Source: an uncultured bacterium
GTDB lineage: Bacteria; Verrucomicrobiota; Kiritimatiellia; RFP12; UBA1067
Length of the DNA: 64,000 nucleotides
Direction of reading: 5' to 3'
Assembly (NCBI GenBank): GCA_902776615.1
Contig: CACYQU010000001.1
Span: 10,411 to 74,410 of the forward strand
Numbering within the stretch: position 1 is the stretch's first letter; each line of letters begins with the position of its first letter. The notes beneath the pieces are model-generated. The model was not told where the DNA came from. It was given only the letters and a program-made list of their open reading frames with translations, and searched no databases. The position numbers and the translations under genes are program-made. Of this stretch, positions 1 through 9,296 are shown piece by piece.

Positions 1-512
1 CCGGAGGATTGGACGGTCTCAAGCGCGACGTATTCGAGGGCGGGATGCGCGTTCCTGCGGCCGTCCGCTGGCCGGCCCGAATCGCGCCCGGAACGATAGA
101 CGCCGAGCCTTCGCAGTTCCACGACTGGATGGCGACGCTCGCCGCCGCCGCCGGGGTGGAGGCGCCGCCCGAATGCGAGGGCGTTTCGCTTCTGCCGCGT
201 TGGGGCGTAGGCGAAGGCGCGCCGAAACCGTCGCTCGTTTATTCGCAATACAACTTCCCGTGGTCCGGCGCAAGCGATGCGTTCCGCGAGTTCGCCGCGC
301 GAAAAGGGGCTGTTCGCGGGTTGCAGCAGATGGTCAGGTCGGGGCGGCATGTCGCGCTTCGTACTCGAATAGGCGAAAGCGATGGCGGAAGGGTGCGCCT
401 CTACGACGTTGTCGGCGACCCGTTCGAGAGCGAAGACCTGTCGGGCAGGCCCGAAAACGCAGCGCTCCTTTCAGACCTGACGCGGATTCTCGACGAGAGA
501 CTGCGCAAGTGA
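1..512 (+). CDS. Sulfatase (arylsulfatase family), C-terminal part; 5' end lies outside the window
   Basis: The ORF is open to the window edge (frame 3). It has a sulfatase C-terminal pattern (FEGGMRVPAAVRWP...GVSLLP) and an anSME-like gene overlaps its stop. Confidence 0.8.
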   Translation, partial: GGLDGLKRDVFEGGMRVPAAVRWPARIAPGTIDAEPSQFHDWMATLAAAAGVEAPPECEGVSLLPRWGVGEGAPKPSLVYSQYNFPWSGASDAFREFAARKGAVRGLQQMVRSGRHVALRTRIGESDGGRVRLYDVVGDPFESEDLSGRPENAALLSDLTRILDERLRK

Positions 513-1480
513 CCCTGATATCGCCATTTTCACTGCTCGTAAAACCGGCCGGGGCCTCATGCAACCTCGCGTGCGACTACTGTTTCTATCTCGACAAGGC
601 GGCGCTTTATCCGGATGCGAAGCCAGTTATGCCCCCTGATGTGCTGGAGCGGATGATCGCCTCTTATCTTGCGATGCCGTTCGACTCGTTCAGCATCGTT
701 TTCCAGGGCGGCGAACCGCTTCTCGCCGGGCTGGACTTCTTCAAGTCCGCCGCCGGCGCGGTTCGCCGCCACAAGCGGAAGGGCACTTCGGTGAATCTCG
801 CTGTTCAGACCAATGCAACGCTTTTTACCGACGAGGCCGCGCGGTTCTTCGCCGGCGAGGGTTGGCTTGTGGGCGCAAGCGTCGATGGTCCGCCATGCGT
901 TCACGACACGCACCGGCGGTTCGCATCCGGCGGGGGGTCGTATTCCGCCGTAATGCGCGGCATCTCGCGGCTCTCCAATGCAGGCGCGGAGTTCAACGTA
1001 TTGTGCCTCGTCACGCCGGAGAATGTTTCCGTTCCCGCGGAAGTCTACCGCCATCTGCGCGACGGGGTGGGCGCAAAGTGGATTCAGTATTCCATTCTTC
1101 TTGAGCGTGTTTCGTTCGCCCAATGGGACGATTTCCTGTGCGGAACGCTCGATACATGGATGGCGGACGGCGATGTCGGCCGGATATCCGTGGGCAATAT
1201 CGACACGGCTCTGGCCTATCTGCGGCTGGGCCGCGCGGACCAGTGCATATTCGCCGACCGTTGCGATGGACATATGGTGGTCGAGCGCAATGGCGACGTA
1301 TATCCTTGCGACTTCTACGTATCGGCGGACACGCGACTCGGGAACATCATGGAGAGCGACTGGCAGACCATGCGCGAGAGCTCCGTTGCGCAGCGCTTCG
1401 CCGCCGCAAAATGTCCGCGCCATCTCTCGCACATAGCGCGAATGCGGTTTTACGACCGCCTTGCCGCCGCTTTAGGATGA
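509..1480 (+). CDS. Radical-SAM anaerobic sulfatase-maturating enzyme (anSME)-like protein, short/atypical C-terminus
   Basis: GTG at 509 overlaps the sulfatase stop (GTGA). It has CNLACDYC (CX3CX2C) and GGEPLL motifs, and part of a SPASM region (QC..RC..YPC). The track ORF 173..1480 carries a spurious N-terminal extension. Confidence 0.8.
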   Translation: MTLISPFSLLVKPAGASCNLACDYCFYLDKAALYPDAKPVMPPDVLERMIASYLAMPFDSFSIVFQGGEPLLAGLDFFKSAAGAVRRHKRKGTSVNLAVQTNATLFTDEAARFFAGEGWLVGASVDGPPCVHDTHRRFASGGGSYSAVMRGISRLSNAGAEFNVLCLVTPENVSVPAEVYRHLRDGVGAKWIQYSILLERVSFAQWDDFLCGTLDTWMADGDVGRISVGNIDTALAYLRLGRADQCIFADRCDGHMVVERNGDVYPCDFYVSADTRLGNIMESDWQTMRESSVAQRFAAAKCPRHLSHIARMRFYDRLAAALG

Positions 1481-1550
1481 CGTTTGGGAGGCTTTCCGTA
1501 TCGTGCAACGCAAATACCTTATGAAGCGTACACCCGCTGGCGGAGAAAAA

Positions 1551-1559
1551 TGTTATAAT
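1551..1559 (+). promoter_or_regulatory. Extended -10 promoter element TGTTATAAT (pfp)
   Basis: TGnTATAAT match in an intergenic region 51 nt upstream of ATG 1610. Confidence 0.55.
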
Positions 1560-1609
1560 ATGCATACATTTGCTTTGGGAATGTCCTGAAGCGGCAGCAA
1601 GGAGTTTGC

Positions 1610-2794
1610 ATGAAGAAGATGAATATGGTCGTTGCGCAGTCTGGAGGACCGTCTATGGTCATCAACCAGTCGCTGGTCGGGGCTGTTGCTGAGGCTCGCA
1701 AATCGCCGCGGATCGGCAAGATTCTCGGTGCTCGCCACGGCATTCTGGGAATTCTGGGCGGCGACTATGTGGATCTGCGCAAGCAGTCGGCGAAGAAACT
1801 GGCCGCAATCGCCGCGACGCCATCCTCCGCGCTGGGCAGCTGCCGCAGAAAGCCCGACGCTGCGGACTGTCGCGCGATCTTCGAGGCTTTCCGCAAGCTT
1901 GATGTAGGCTACTTCTTCTACATAGGCGGCAACGATTCCGCCGACGCCGCGCGTATCGTCGCAGAAGAAGCCGAGAAGGAGGGCTACCCTCTCACGGTCT
2001 ACCACATTCCAAAGACCATCGACAACGATCTCAGGAGCTGCGACCACACGCCCGGCTTCGGCTCTGCCGCGCGTTTCGTCGCGTGTGCCATAAAGGGCGA
2101 CGACCTCGACAACCGCGCGCTTGGCGGGGTGAAGATCGATGTGATAATGGGCCGCGACGCGGGCTTTCTGACTGCGGCTTCGGCCCTTGCACGCGTCCGC
2201 GAAGACGACGGCCCCCATCTCATCTATCTGCCGGAGGTTCCATTTTCGGAGGATGGTTTCGTACGCGACGTGAAGGCCGCAATGAAAAAATACGGGCGTT
2301 GCGTATGCGCCGTCTCGGAAGGCATCCGCGGCAGAGACGGCGTTCCAATCGGCGCCAAGCTCGGGTCGGGCGAGCGCGACAGTCATGGAAACGTCCAGAT
2401 GTCCGGCACAGGTGCGCTTGGCGATGCGCTGGCGCGCGTTCTCAAGGAGAAGGCCAAGATCGCCCGCGTAAGAGCCGATACCTTCGGCTATCTGCAGCGC
2501 TCCTTCCCCGGCGTTGCGTCCGAAACCGACAGCCGAGAGGCTTTTGCGGCAGGACAGTGTGCGGTGCGTGCCGCTCTCAAGGGAGAGCTTTCAAAGGGGA
2601 CCATAGCCATACTTCGGGCGAAAGGGCGCAAGTATCAGGCTGCGTTCGCGCCGCGTCCGATAGCCGAAGCCGCCAAGTACACGCGAAGCGTGCCAAAGGA
2701 GTTCATCGCCAGAAACGGCCACGACGTGACGGGGGCGTTCATCGAATACGCAAGGCCGCTGGTCGGCGCGCTTCCGGCTACCGGCACTTTCTAG
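1610..2794 (+). CDS. pfp: 6-phosphofructokinase, probably pyrophosphate-dependent
   Basis: N-terminus has AQSGGPSMVINQSL. GGNDS and PKTIDND motifs are present, with Lys where ATP-PFKs have Gly. An AAGGAG SD lies 6 nt upstream and a TGTTATAAT promoter sits at 1551. Confidence 0.8.
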   Translation: MKKMNMVVAQSGGPSMVINQSLVGAVAEARKSPRIGKILGARHGILGILGGDYVDLRKQSAKKLAAIAATPSSALGSCRRKPDAADCRAIFEAFRKLDVGYFFYIGGNDSADAARIVAEEAEKEGYPLTVYHIPKTIDNDLRSCDHTPGFGSAARFVACAIKGDDLDNRALGGVKIDVIMGRDAGFLTAASALARVREDDGPHLIYLPEVPFSEDGFVRDVKAAMKKYGRCVCAVSEGIRGRDGVPIGAKLGSGERDSHGNVQMSGTGALGDALARVLKEKAKIARVRADTFGYLQRSFPGVASETDSREAFAAGQCAVRAALKGELSKGTIAILRAKGRKYQAAFAPRPIAEAAKYTRSVPKEFIARNGHDVTGAFIEYARPLVGALPATGTF

Positions 2795-2814
2795 GCACAG
2801 GAGAGGAAAACAGC

Positions 2815-3909
2815 ATGATAGAATTCACCGAAAGACAGAAGAAAACGGTAGCCAGCGGGCTTACCGTTCTCGCGCTTGCGGCGGTTTTCGCATTCACCGG
2901 ACTTGCGGCATGGCTGGTTCTGAAGGTTCTTTCGCTTGCCGCCCCCGCGATAGTTCCGCTGACGCTGGGCTTGTTCCTTTCGATGTTCTTCAAACCGTAC
3001 TATGTCTTCTGGAAGGGGCTTGTGCGCAATCCCACGTTCGCGCTTGTGGCAATGTTGGCGACGGTGCTGCTGCCGCTGGGGCTTTTGCTGTGGCATGCAG
3101 GCGCGGTGCTGACCGACCAGGCTCTGAATCTCATGCGTCAGGCGCCCCAGCTCATAGCGCAGGCGACCGAGTGGTTCCGCGTGACATTTCCGCGCGGCAA
3201 GGCGCTTCTCGACCAGCTTGGCGTTCCCTACGAGAACCTCGGCGATCTGTACACGGTATATGGTCCTACCGCGCTTCGCGCGGGGACCGGTGCGCTCAAA
3301 CTGCTGGGCGGCGTCGTGACCGCCCTGCTGACGCTGGTGTTCTTCGTGTTCTTCCTGACCACCAGTTCCCGCAAGGGAGGCGACGTGGCGAAGGAGATGC
3401 TGTTCGTCAAGCCGGATACGCGCCGATTCGTGGCGGAGCAGATTGATACGTTCTTCGACATACTGGTGAGTTTCTTCCAGCGCCAGACTGTGATCTGCCT
3501 GATCGAAGGGTGCATGTACGGCGCGGGTTTTGCAATCGTCGGCCTGCCTTACGGCTTCATGATCGGGTTCGCTCTCGGCGTGTTGAACCTGGTGCCGTTT
3601 TTCGGTTCGCTAGTGTGCCTTCCCGTCGCGCTTCCGATGGCGTACTTTGCGCACGGCGGCTCCCCTGCGCGTCTGGTGCTGGTTCTTTGCGTGTGGGCTG
3701 CAGGGCAGCTGCTGGACGGCTATTTCATAACGCCCAAGATACAGGGCAACCGGACGGGTCTCGGCTACGCCGGAGTGATCTTCAGTTTCATATTCTGGTC
3801 GACGCTTCTGGGACCGCTTCTCGGAATGCTGCTTGCGATTCCCCTATCCGCCTTCTGTGTGGTACTTTGGCGCGCACTCAAGGCTACGTACATCCGGCCA
3901 ATAGCATGA
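2815..3909 (+). CDS. AI-2E family (PerM/UPF0118) membrane transporter
   Basis: It is a multi-TM protein with the C-terminal pattern GLLDGYFITPKI..G, typical of AI-2E. ATG 2815 follows a GGAGAGGAAAA SD. The 2083 start in the track reads through pfk out of frame. Confidence 0.8.
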   Translation: MIEFTERQKKTVASGLTVLALAAVFAFTGLAAWLVLKVLSLAAPAIVPLTLGLFLSMFFKPYYVFWKGLVRNPTFALVAMLATVLLPLGLLLWHAGAVLTDQALNLMRQAPQLIAQATEWFRVTFPRGKALLDQLGVPYENLGDLYTVYGPTALRAGTGALKLLGGVVTALLTLVFFVFFLTTSSRKGGDVAKEMLFVKPDTRRFVAEQIDTFFDILVSFFQRQTVICLIEGCMYGAGFAIVGLPYGFMIGFALGVLNLVPFFGSLVCLPVALPMAYFAHGGSPARLVLVLCVWAAGQLLDGYFITPKIQGNRTGLGYAGVIFSFIFWSTLLGPLLGMLLAIPLSAFCVVLWRALKATYIRPIA

Positions 3910-3927
3910 CACAACACCATTTGAGCA

Positions 3928-5268
3928 ATGTTTGAAGGAAACGTTTTCGGAAGGCTCGACCAGAAACTTCAGCACGCTGTAGCCGATGCGGGCTACAAAA
4001 CGCCGACGCCAATACAGGAGCAGGCGATGCCTTACCTTTTGGAGGGGCGCGATCTCATCGGTTGCGCACAGACCGGCACAGGCAAAACCGCCGCTTTCAT
4101 GCTGCCGATTCTCGATCGTCTTGTGAAAGTGCGCCGTCCGCGCAGAATAGGCCATCCGCGCGCCCTCATTCTTTCTCCGACGCGCGAACTTGCCGCGCAG
4201 ACGGCCGAGAACACCCGCACCTATTCGAAGCACGCGAACCTTCCGTTCGCGTGCGTGTTCGGCGGCGTTAGCCAGTTCGGACAGGTGAAGGACATAAAGA
4301 AGGGCGCCGAGACCGTCATAGCCTGCCCCGGCCGCTTGATCGACCTGATGACGCAGGGGATACTCTTCCTCGACCAGGTGGAATGCTTCGTGCTCGACGA
4401 GGCCGACAGAATGCTCGACATGGGCTTTCTGCCGGACATAAAGCGCATCATATCCAAACTGCCGCGCAATCGCCAGTCGCTGTTCTTCTCGGCCACGCTT
4501 TCGCCCCAGATCATGAAGCTCGCAGGCGAGCTTGTGCACGATCCCGTGCAGGTCTCGATCTCGCCCGAGACGCCGACCGTCGAGAAGATCAACCAGAAGG
4601 TGATGTTTGTCGAAAAGGCCCAGAAGGACACGCTCCTCGTCTACCTGCTGAAGGCCCATCCGGAGTGGACGAAGGTAATAGTCTTCACAAAGATGCGCCA
4701 TGGCGCGGATCGCATACTGAAGAAGCTTCTCAGGGCGGACGAGAAGTGCGCGGCGATACACTCCGACAAGACGCAGAACCAGCGAACGCGCGCGTTGGAC
4801 GGCTTCAGAAAGGGAACTCTGCGCGTTCTGGTTGCAACCGACATTGCAAGCCGCGGGATAGATGTGCCGGATGTTTCATGCGTCATAAACATGGAGCTTC
4901 CGCTTGAGACCGAGAGCTATGTGCACCGTATCGGCCGTACGGCACGCGCCGGCGAAAGCGGCGCGGCGATCAGTTTCGTTACTGCGGACGAACGCGGACA
5001 GCTGAAAGCCGTCGAGCGCTTCATAAAGAAGACAATCCCCGTCGATCGCGACCAGCCGTTCCACTCGGCCACATCCGATCATGGCGGAGGAAAGGGCCGC
5101 TCTGGCGGCGGCAGGTTCGGAAAGGGCGGCGTTGACGGCTCCAAAAACCAGGGCGATGGGGCGCACGAGCCGTGGGTTCATCCGGCGAACAGAAACCGCA
5201 CGAACCGCAAGCGTCAGAAGCACAAGAGCTTCCTTGGCCGCCGCCAGCCCGACTTCGGGCAGAAGTAG
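3928..5268 (+). CDS. rhlE: DEAD-box ATP-dependent RNA helicase with basic C-terminal tail
   Basis: Motifs AQTGTGKT, PTRELA, DEAD, SAT and HRIGRTARAG are present, plus a Gly/Arg/Lys-rich tail. Confidence 0.9.
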   Translation: MFEGNVFGRLDQKLQHAVADAGYKTPTPIQEQAMPYLLEGRDLIGCAQTGTGKTAAFMLPILDRLVKVRRPRRIGHPRALILSPTRELAAQTAENTRTYSKHANLPFACVFGGVSQFGQVKDIKKGAETVIACPGRLIDLMTQGILFLDQVECFVLDEADRMLDMGFLPDIKRIISKLPRNRQSLFFSATLSPQIMKLAGELVHDPVQVSISPETPTVEKINQKVMFVEKAQKDTLLVYLLKAHPEWTKVIVFTKMRHGADRILKKLLRADEKCAAIHSDKTQNQRTRALDGFRKGTLRVLVATDIASRGIDVPDVSCVINMELPLETESYVHRIGRTARAGESGAAISFVTADERGQLKAVERFIKKTIPVDRDQPFHSATSDHGGGKGRSGGGRFGKGGVDGSKNQGDGAHEPWVHPANRNRTNRKRQKHKSFLGRRQPDFGQK

Positions 5269-5292
5269 CCGCAAATATGCGTGGGCGTGCAA

Positions 5293-5580
5293 ATGTACTA
5301 CACCGAAACTCCTGAAGGAATAGTCCTCAACGTAAAGGCGCAGCCGCGCTCGTCTAAGGCCGGCGTGGACGGGCTTTTCGGAGATGCCGTGAAGGTGCGC
5401 ATGCGGTGCGCGCCGGTTGACGGAAAGGCCAACAAGGAACTTGTCGAGGTTTTGTCGGATGCGTTCGACCTTGCAAAATCATCCGTTGTCATACGAAGCG
5501 GCGAGACTTCGAAGACGAAGCGCGTCTTGCTTGCGGGGTTCGGCGATGTTGCGCTTCTGCGAAAGGTTTGCGAGCGGTGA
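5293..5580 (+). CDS. yggU: DUF167/YggU family protein
   Basis: The YggU pattern is present: V.AQPRSSK....G.....VKVR..APPVDGKAN..L...L. The start is ambiguous (GTG 5281 or ATG 5293). Confidence 0.75.
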   Translation: MYYTETPEGIVLNVKAQPRSSKAGVDGLFGDAVKVRMRCAPVDGKANKELVEVLSDAFDLAKSSVVIRSGETSKTKRVLLAGFGDVALLRKVCER

Positions 5581-6125
5581 GAACTGTGATGTGCGACGAG
5601 GAAGGTCTCCGTGCCGCGGCAGACGTGTTGCTGTCCGGCGGTGTCGCCGTAATTCCGACCGATACCGTATACGGCTTGGCGGCCCACCCCGGCTTTCCCG
5701 AGGCTGTCGACCGGCTTTACACGATAAAAGCCAGATCCCTTGCCAAGCCTATAGCGCTTCTTGCGTCGGACGCTTCCGCCGCGGAGGCGTTCGTCGGCGG
5801 CTTTCCTGCCGCGGCGAAGTCGCTTGAGAGGCACTGGCCCGGTGCGCTTACGATTGTCGTTGGCGGCGAAGGTCTCAGGGTCCCCGACCATGCATGGACG
5901 CGCCGGCTGATCGCGGCGTGCGGCGGAACGCTTCGCGTCACAAGCGCGAACATGTCCGGCCGCCGCCCGGCGACGGACGCTCCCCAGGCGCTTGCGGATG
6001 TCGGGCTTTCGGCTGATGTTGTTGTAGACGGCGGCGAAAGTTCCGGCGGCGTGCCCTCGACTGTAGTGAAGGTCGCGGGCGACGGCTTTCGGATATTGCG
6101 CCATGGTGCAGTGGCGCTGGGTTGA
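5577..6125 (+). CDS. tsaC: L-threonylcarbamoyladenylate synthase (TsaC/YrdC/Sua5 family)
   Basis: Motifs VIPTDTVYGLAA, LRVP and SANMSG are present. GTG 5577 forms a GTGA overlap with the yggU stop. ATG 5589 is an alternative start. Confidence 0.85.
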   Translation: MRTVMCDEEGLRAAADVLLSGGVAVIPTDTVYGLAAHPGFPEAVDRLYTIKARSLAKPIALLASDASAAEAFVGGFPAAAKSLERHWPGALTIVVGGEGLRVPDHAWTRRLIAACGGTLRVTSANMSGRRPATDAPQALADVGLSADVVVDGGESSGGVPSTVVKVAGDGFRILRHGAVALG

Positions 6126-6156
6126 CCGAGACATATGTGAACCAGACAGAACCGAT

Positions 6157-6642
6157 ATGAACAACATCCCTATGACTCAGGCGCGGCGCGCCCTCGAAAA
6201 AGCGCAGGTTCCTTTCACGCTCACGACCTACAGGTATGTCGAGCATGGCGGAACCGCCCAGATCGCGCGCGAGACCGGCCTTGACCATCATGCCGTCATA
6301 AAAACGATCGTCCTCGAGGACGAGACGAAGAAGCCTTTTGTGTGCCTGATGCACGGAGACAGGGAAATTTCGACCAAGAACCTTGCTCGCGTACGTGGTT
6401 GCAAGACCGTTCGCACGTGCGATCCGGCGACTGCCGACAGGCATTCCGGATATCATGTGGGCGGAACGTCTCCGTTTGGCACGCGCAAGCGCATGCCGGT
6501 ATATGTCGAGAGCACAATCTACGACCTGAAGGAGATATACATAAACGCCGGACACAAGGGGCTTTTCGCAACTATGGATCCAAAATATCTCGACCAGGCG
6601 CTTGACGGCATGGCGCAACGCGTGTCAGTCGCCATGCCGTAG
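6157..6642 (+). CDS. ybaK: Cys-tRNA(Pro)/Cys-tRNA(Cys) deacylase YbaK
   Basis: YbaK/EbsC pattern is present (KTIVLED....[14 protein letters not shown]; [11 protein letters not shown]). Confidence 0.85.
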   Translation: MNNIPMTQARRALEKAQVPFTLTTYRYVEHGGTAQIARETGLDHHAVIKTIVLEDETKKPFVCLMHGDREISTKNLARVRGCKTVRTCDPATADRHSGYHVGGTSPFGTRKRMPVYVESTIYDLKEIYINAGHKGLFATMDPKYLDQALDGMAQRVSVAMP

Positions 6643-6649
6643 CCTTTTT

Positions 6650-6658
6650 TGGTATAAT
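6650..6658 (+). promoter_or_regulatory. Extended -10 promoter element TGGTATAAT (rpiB::glyA)
   Basis: Exact TGGTATAAT in an intergenic region. Confidence 0.6.
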
Positions 6659-6697
6659 ACAAACAATGTTCTCAAGGAGTTTCAGGAAAGGACAAGA

Positions 6698-8374
6698 ATG
6701 AAAATCGCGATTGCATCCGACCATGGCGGCGTAGACCTCAAAAGCGTCATCGTAAGGGCTCTTTCCGCCAAGGCGACCATAATTGACAAAGGACCTGCCG
6801 ACAGGACCAGCTGCGACTATCCCGACTATGCCGCGCAGGTCGCGCTTGCAGTAGCCGCAGGCGAGGTCGATTTCGGCATTCTCATCTGCCGCAGCGGAAT
6901 CGGCATGAGCATGGCGGCCAACCGCTACCAGAACGTCCGCGCGGCCGTCTGCGCGACTGTGGATGCCGCCGTTGTCACGCGCCAGCACAATGGCGCGAAT
7001 GTGCTGTGTCTAGGTGCGGACGTGGTTTCCCCGGAGTACGCGGTCGAGATCGCGAAGTCGTTCATCGTTACGCCGGTCGATGCCGACGCGCGCCATGCGC
7101 GGCGTCGCGCCAAGCTTGAGCGGGCGGGAAGGCTCTCCGACGCATCGGGGTTGATGCGCGACGACCCGGAGGTGTTCGCCGCCATCAAGGCGCAGACCGA
7201 TCAGGAGGATACCGAGATAAACCTCATCGCTTCGGAGAACACTTCCAGCCGCGCGTGCCGCGAGGCGACCGGCAGCGTGCTCATGAACAAGTACGCCGAG
7301 GGTTATCCGGGCAAGCGCTGGTATTCGGGCTGCCTGCCTGTCGATGCCGCCGAGGAACTGGCCAGGAAGCGGGCGTGCGAACTCTTTGGCGCGGAGCATG
7401 CGAATGTGCAGCCGCACTGCGGCAGTTCGGCAAACATGGCCGTGTACTTCGCGGTTCTCCAGCCCGGCGACACGATTCTCTCGATGTCACTCGACCAGGG
7501 CGGCCATCTCTCGCACGGTTCGCCTGTGAACTTTTCCGGCAAACTCTACAACATCGTGCCTTACACCGTCGACAAAACGACCGAGATGCTCGACTATGAC
7601 GCGCTGGAGCGCCAGGCGGCGGAAGTGAAGCCGAAGATTCTGCTTACCGGCGCAAGCGCGTATCCGCGCAGGATAGACTTCCGCCGTGTCCGCGAGATAT
7701 GCGACAAGGTCGGCTGCCTGATGATGGTGGACATGGCCCATATCGCGGGGCTTGTCGCCGGCGGACAGCATGAATCGCCCGTCCCATACGCCGATTTCGT
7801 GACGACCACCACGCACAAGACTTTGCGCGGTCCGCGCGGAGGGCTTGTGCTCTGCAAGGAGAAATACGCCAAGGCGCTCGACAGCGCGGTGTTCCCCGGC
7901 ATGCAGGGCGGTCCGCTTGAAAACGTTATCGCCGGGAAGGCCGTTTGCTTCCGCGAGGCCATGCAGCCGGAATTCAAGGAATACGCCGCCCAGGTTGTGA
8001 GGAACTGTCAGGTTCTGTGCAAGACGGTGCAGGATCGAGGCTATCGCATTGTTTCGGGCGGAACAGACAACCACCTCTTCCTTGTCGACGTCAAGTCGCG
8101 CGGGATGACCGGCAAAGACGCGGCGGCCGCGCTCGATGCGGCGGGAATAGTCGTCAACAAGAACACGATTCCGTATGATACAGAGTCTCCTTTCAAGACA
8201 TCCGGAATTCGCGTCGGCACGGCGTCGGTGACTACGCGCGGCATGAAGGAGCCCGAGATGATCAAGATCGGAACGTGGATTGCCGACGTGCTCGACAATA
8301 TCGCAGACACCGCAGTGCAGGAGCGCGTCAAGCGCGAGGCGAAGGCCCTCGCCGCCGGTTTCCCGGTTCCTTGA
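6698..8374 (+). CDS. glyA: Fusion protein: ribose-5-phosphate isomerase B (RpiB/LacAB) N-terminal domain + serine hydroxymethyltransferase
   Basis: It is one uninterrupted 558-aa ORF. RpiB motifs are [11 protein letters not shown] and [21 protein letters not shown] motifs are [17 protein letters not shown] and [14 protein letters not shown] (PLP Lys). Confidence 0.9.
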   Translation: MKIAIASDHGGVDLKSVIVRALSAKATIIDKGPADRTSCDYPDYAAQVALAVAAGEVDFGILICRSGIGMSMAANRYQNVRAAVCATVDAAVVTRQHNGANVLCLGADVVSPEYAVEIAKSFIVTPVDADARHARRRAKLERAGRLSDASGLMRDDPEVFAAIKAQTDQEDTEINLIASENTSSRACREATGSVLMNKYAEGYPGKRWYSGCLPVDAAEELARKRACELFGAEHANVQPHCGSSANMAVYFAVLQPGDTILSMSLDQGGHLSHGSPVNFSGKLYNIVPYTVDKTTEMLDYDALERQAAEVKPKILLTGASAYPRRIDFRRVREICDKVGCLMMVDMAHIAGLVAGGQHESPVPYADFVTTTTHKTLRGPRGGLVLCKEKYAKALDSAVFPGMQGGPLENVIAGKAVCFREAMQPEFKEYAAQVVRNCQVLCKTVQDRGYRIVSGGTDNHLFLVDVKSRGMTGKDAAAALDAAGIVVNKNTIPYDTESPFKTSGIRVGTASVTTRGMKEPEMIKIGTWIADVLDNIADTAVQERVKREAKALAAGFPVP

Positions 8375-8381
8375 CATCCCT

Positions 8382-9296
8382 ATGGCGAAGGTTGCGATAG
8401 TTGGTGTGGTCGGGCGGACGAATGCCGGCAAATCCACGCTCGTAAACAGGCTCGTCGGCGAGAAGGTGTCGATCGTGTCGCCGGTCGAGCAGACGACGCG
8501 AAACACCGTGCGCGGGATCGTTGCGGATCCGCGCGGCCAGCTCGTGCTGCTTGACACGCCAGGCCTCCACAAGGCCGTCGGAACTCTCGGCACGCTTCTC
8601 AACCGCATGGCGCGAAGAAGCGCGGCGGGAACCGATGTGACGTGCGTTGTGTTTGACGCTTCCCAGGAACCGCAGCTTGAGGATGTCGGTTGGATGCAGC
8701 GAGTCGCGAAGGAGGCGCCTGAGAAAGTCGTGTTCGTGCTCAACAAGGCCGATGCGAAGCCTTTCTTTTCGACCATGTTCCGCGATGCCTGGAACGAGGC
8801 GTCGTCCGCAGGCGGAGCGCCCTCCGCCGCGAAGCCCGTTTGGGTGGAATGCTGCGCCCTGTCCGACGAAGGCGCAAAAGGAGTGATGGACGCCCTCTTC
8901 GGCTTTGCTGAAGAAGGCGAGCCTCTTTTCCCCGAGGATGTCGTGACCGACTATCCGCGCAAGCTTGCGATAGCCGACACCATTCGGGAGAAGTTCCTCG
9001 CAAAGCTTCATCAAGAGCTGCCTCACGAGCTTGGCGTAAGAGTCAAGGATATCGCCGAAAGCGGCGGAAGGTGGACTGTCGCCGTAGACGTGCTTGTGAA
9101 CCGGCCGTCGCAGAAACCCATCGTAATCGGTCGCAGCGCACAGACTATCAAGTGGGCTCGCAAGGCGGCCGAGAAGGATCTTTCAGAGACGTTTGGCGTG
9201 AAGGTTATGCTCGAACTGTGGGTAAAGGTGGAGCCTGGCTGGATGAAGAACCCCAAAATCCTTGCGGAGATGGGTTATATGGGGGCGGTGATCTAA
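8382..9296 (+). CDS. era: GTPase Era
   Basis: G1 GRTNAGKSTL, G3 DTPG and G4 NKAD motifs are present, with a C-terminal KH-like region. Confidence 0.9.
   Translation: MAKVAIVGVVGRTNAGKSTLVNRLVGEKVSIVSPVEQTTRNTVRGIVADPRGQLVLLDTPGLHKAVGTLGTLLNRMARRSAAGTDVTCVVFDASQEPQLEDVGWMQRVAKEAPEKVVFVLNKADAKPFFSTMFRDAWNEASSAGGAPSAAKPVWVECCALSDEGAKGVMDALFGFAEEGEPLFPEDVVTDYPRKLAIADTIREKFLAKLHQELPHELGVRVKDIAESGGRWTVAVDVLVNRPSQKPIVIGRSAQTIKWARKAAEKDLSETFGVKVMLELWVKVEPGWMKNPKILAEMGYMGAVI

Noticed and set aside
2083-2814. N-terminal 244 codons of the 608-aa ORF 2083-3909. The same problem affects the track starts at 173, 8280, 33814, 35432, 36394, 39530, 41864, 43452, 44900, 47185, 49981 and 56401.
   Set aside because: These are Arg-rich out-of-frame read-through of the upstream gene. 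The real starts were placed at SD-preceded or overlap-coupled start codons that match family-typical N-termini.
7487-8776. 429-aa minus-strand ORF
   Set aside because: It is antisense to glyA and era. It is a shadow ORF.
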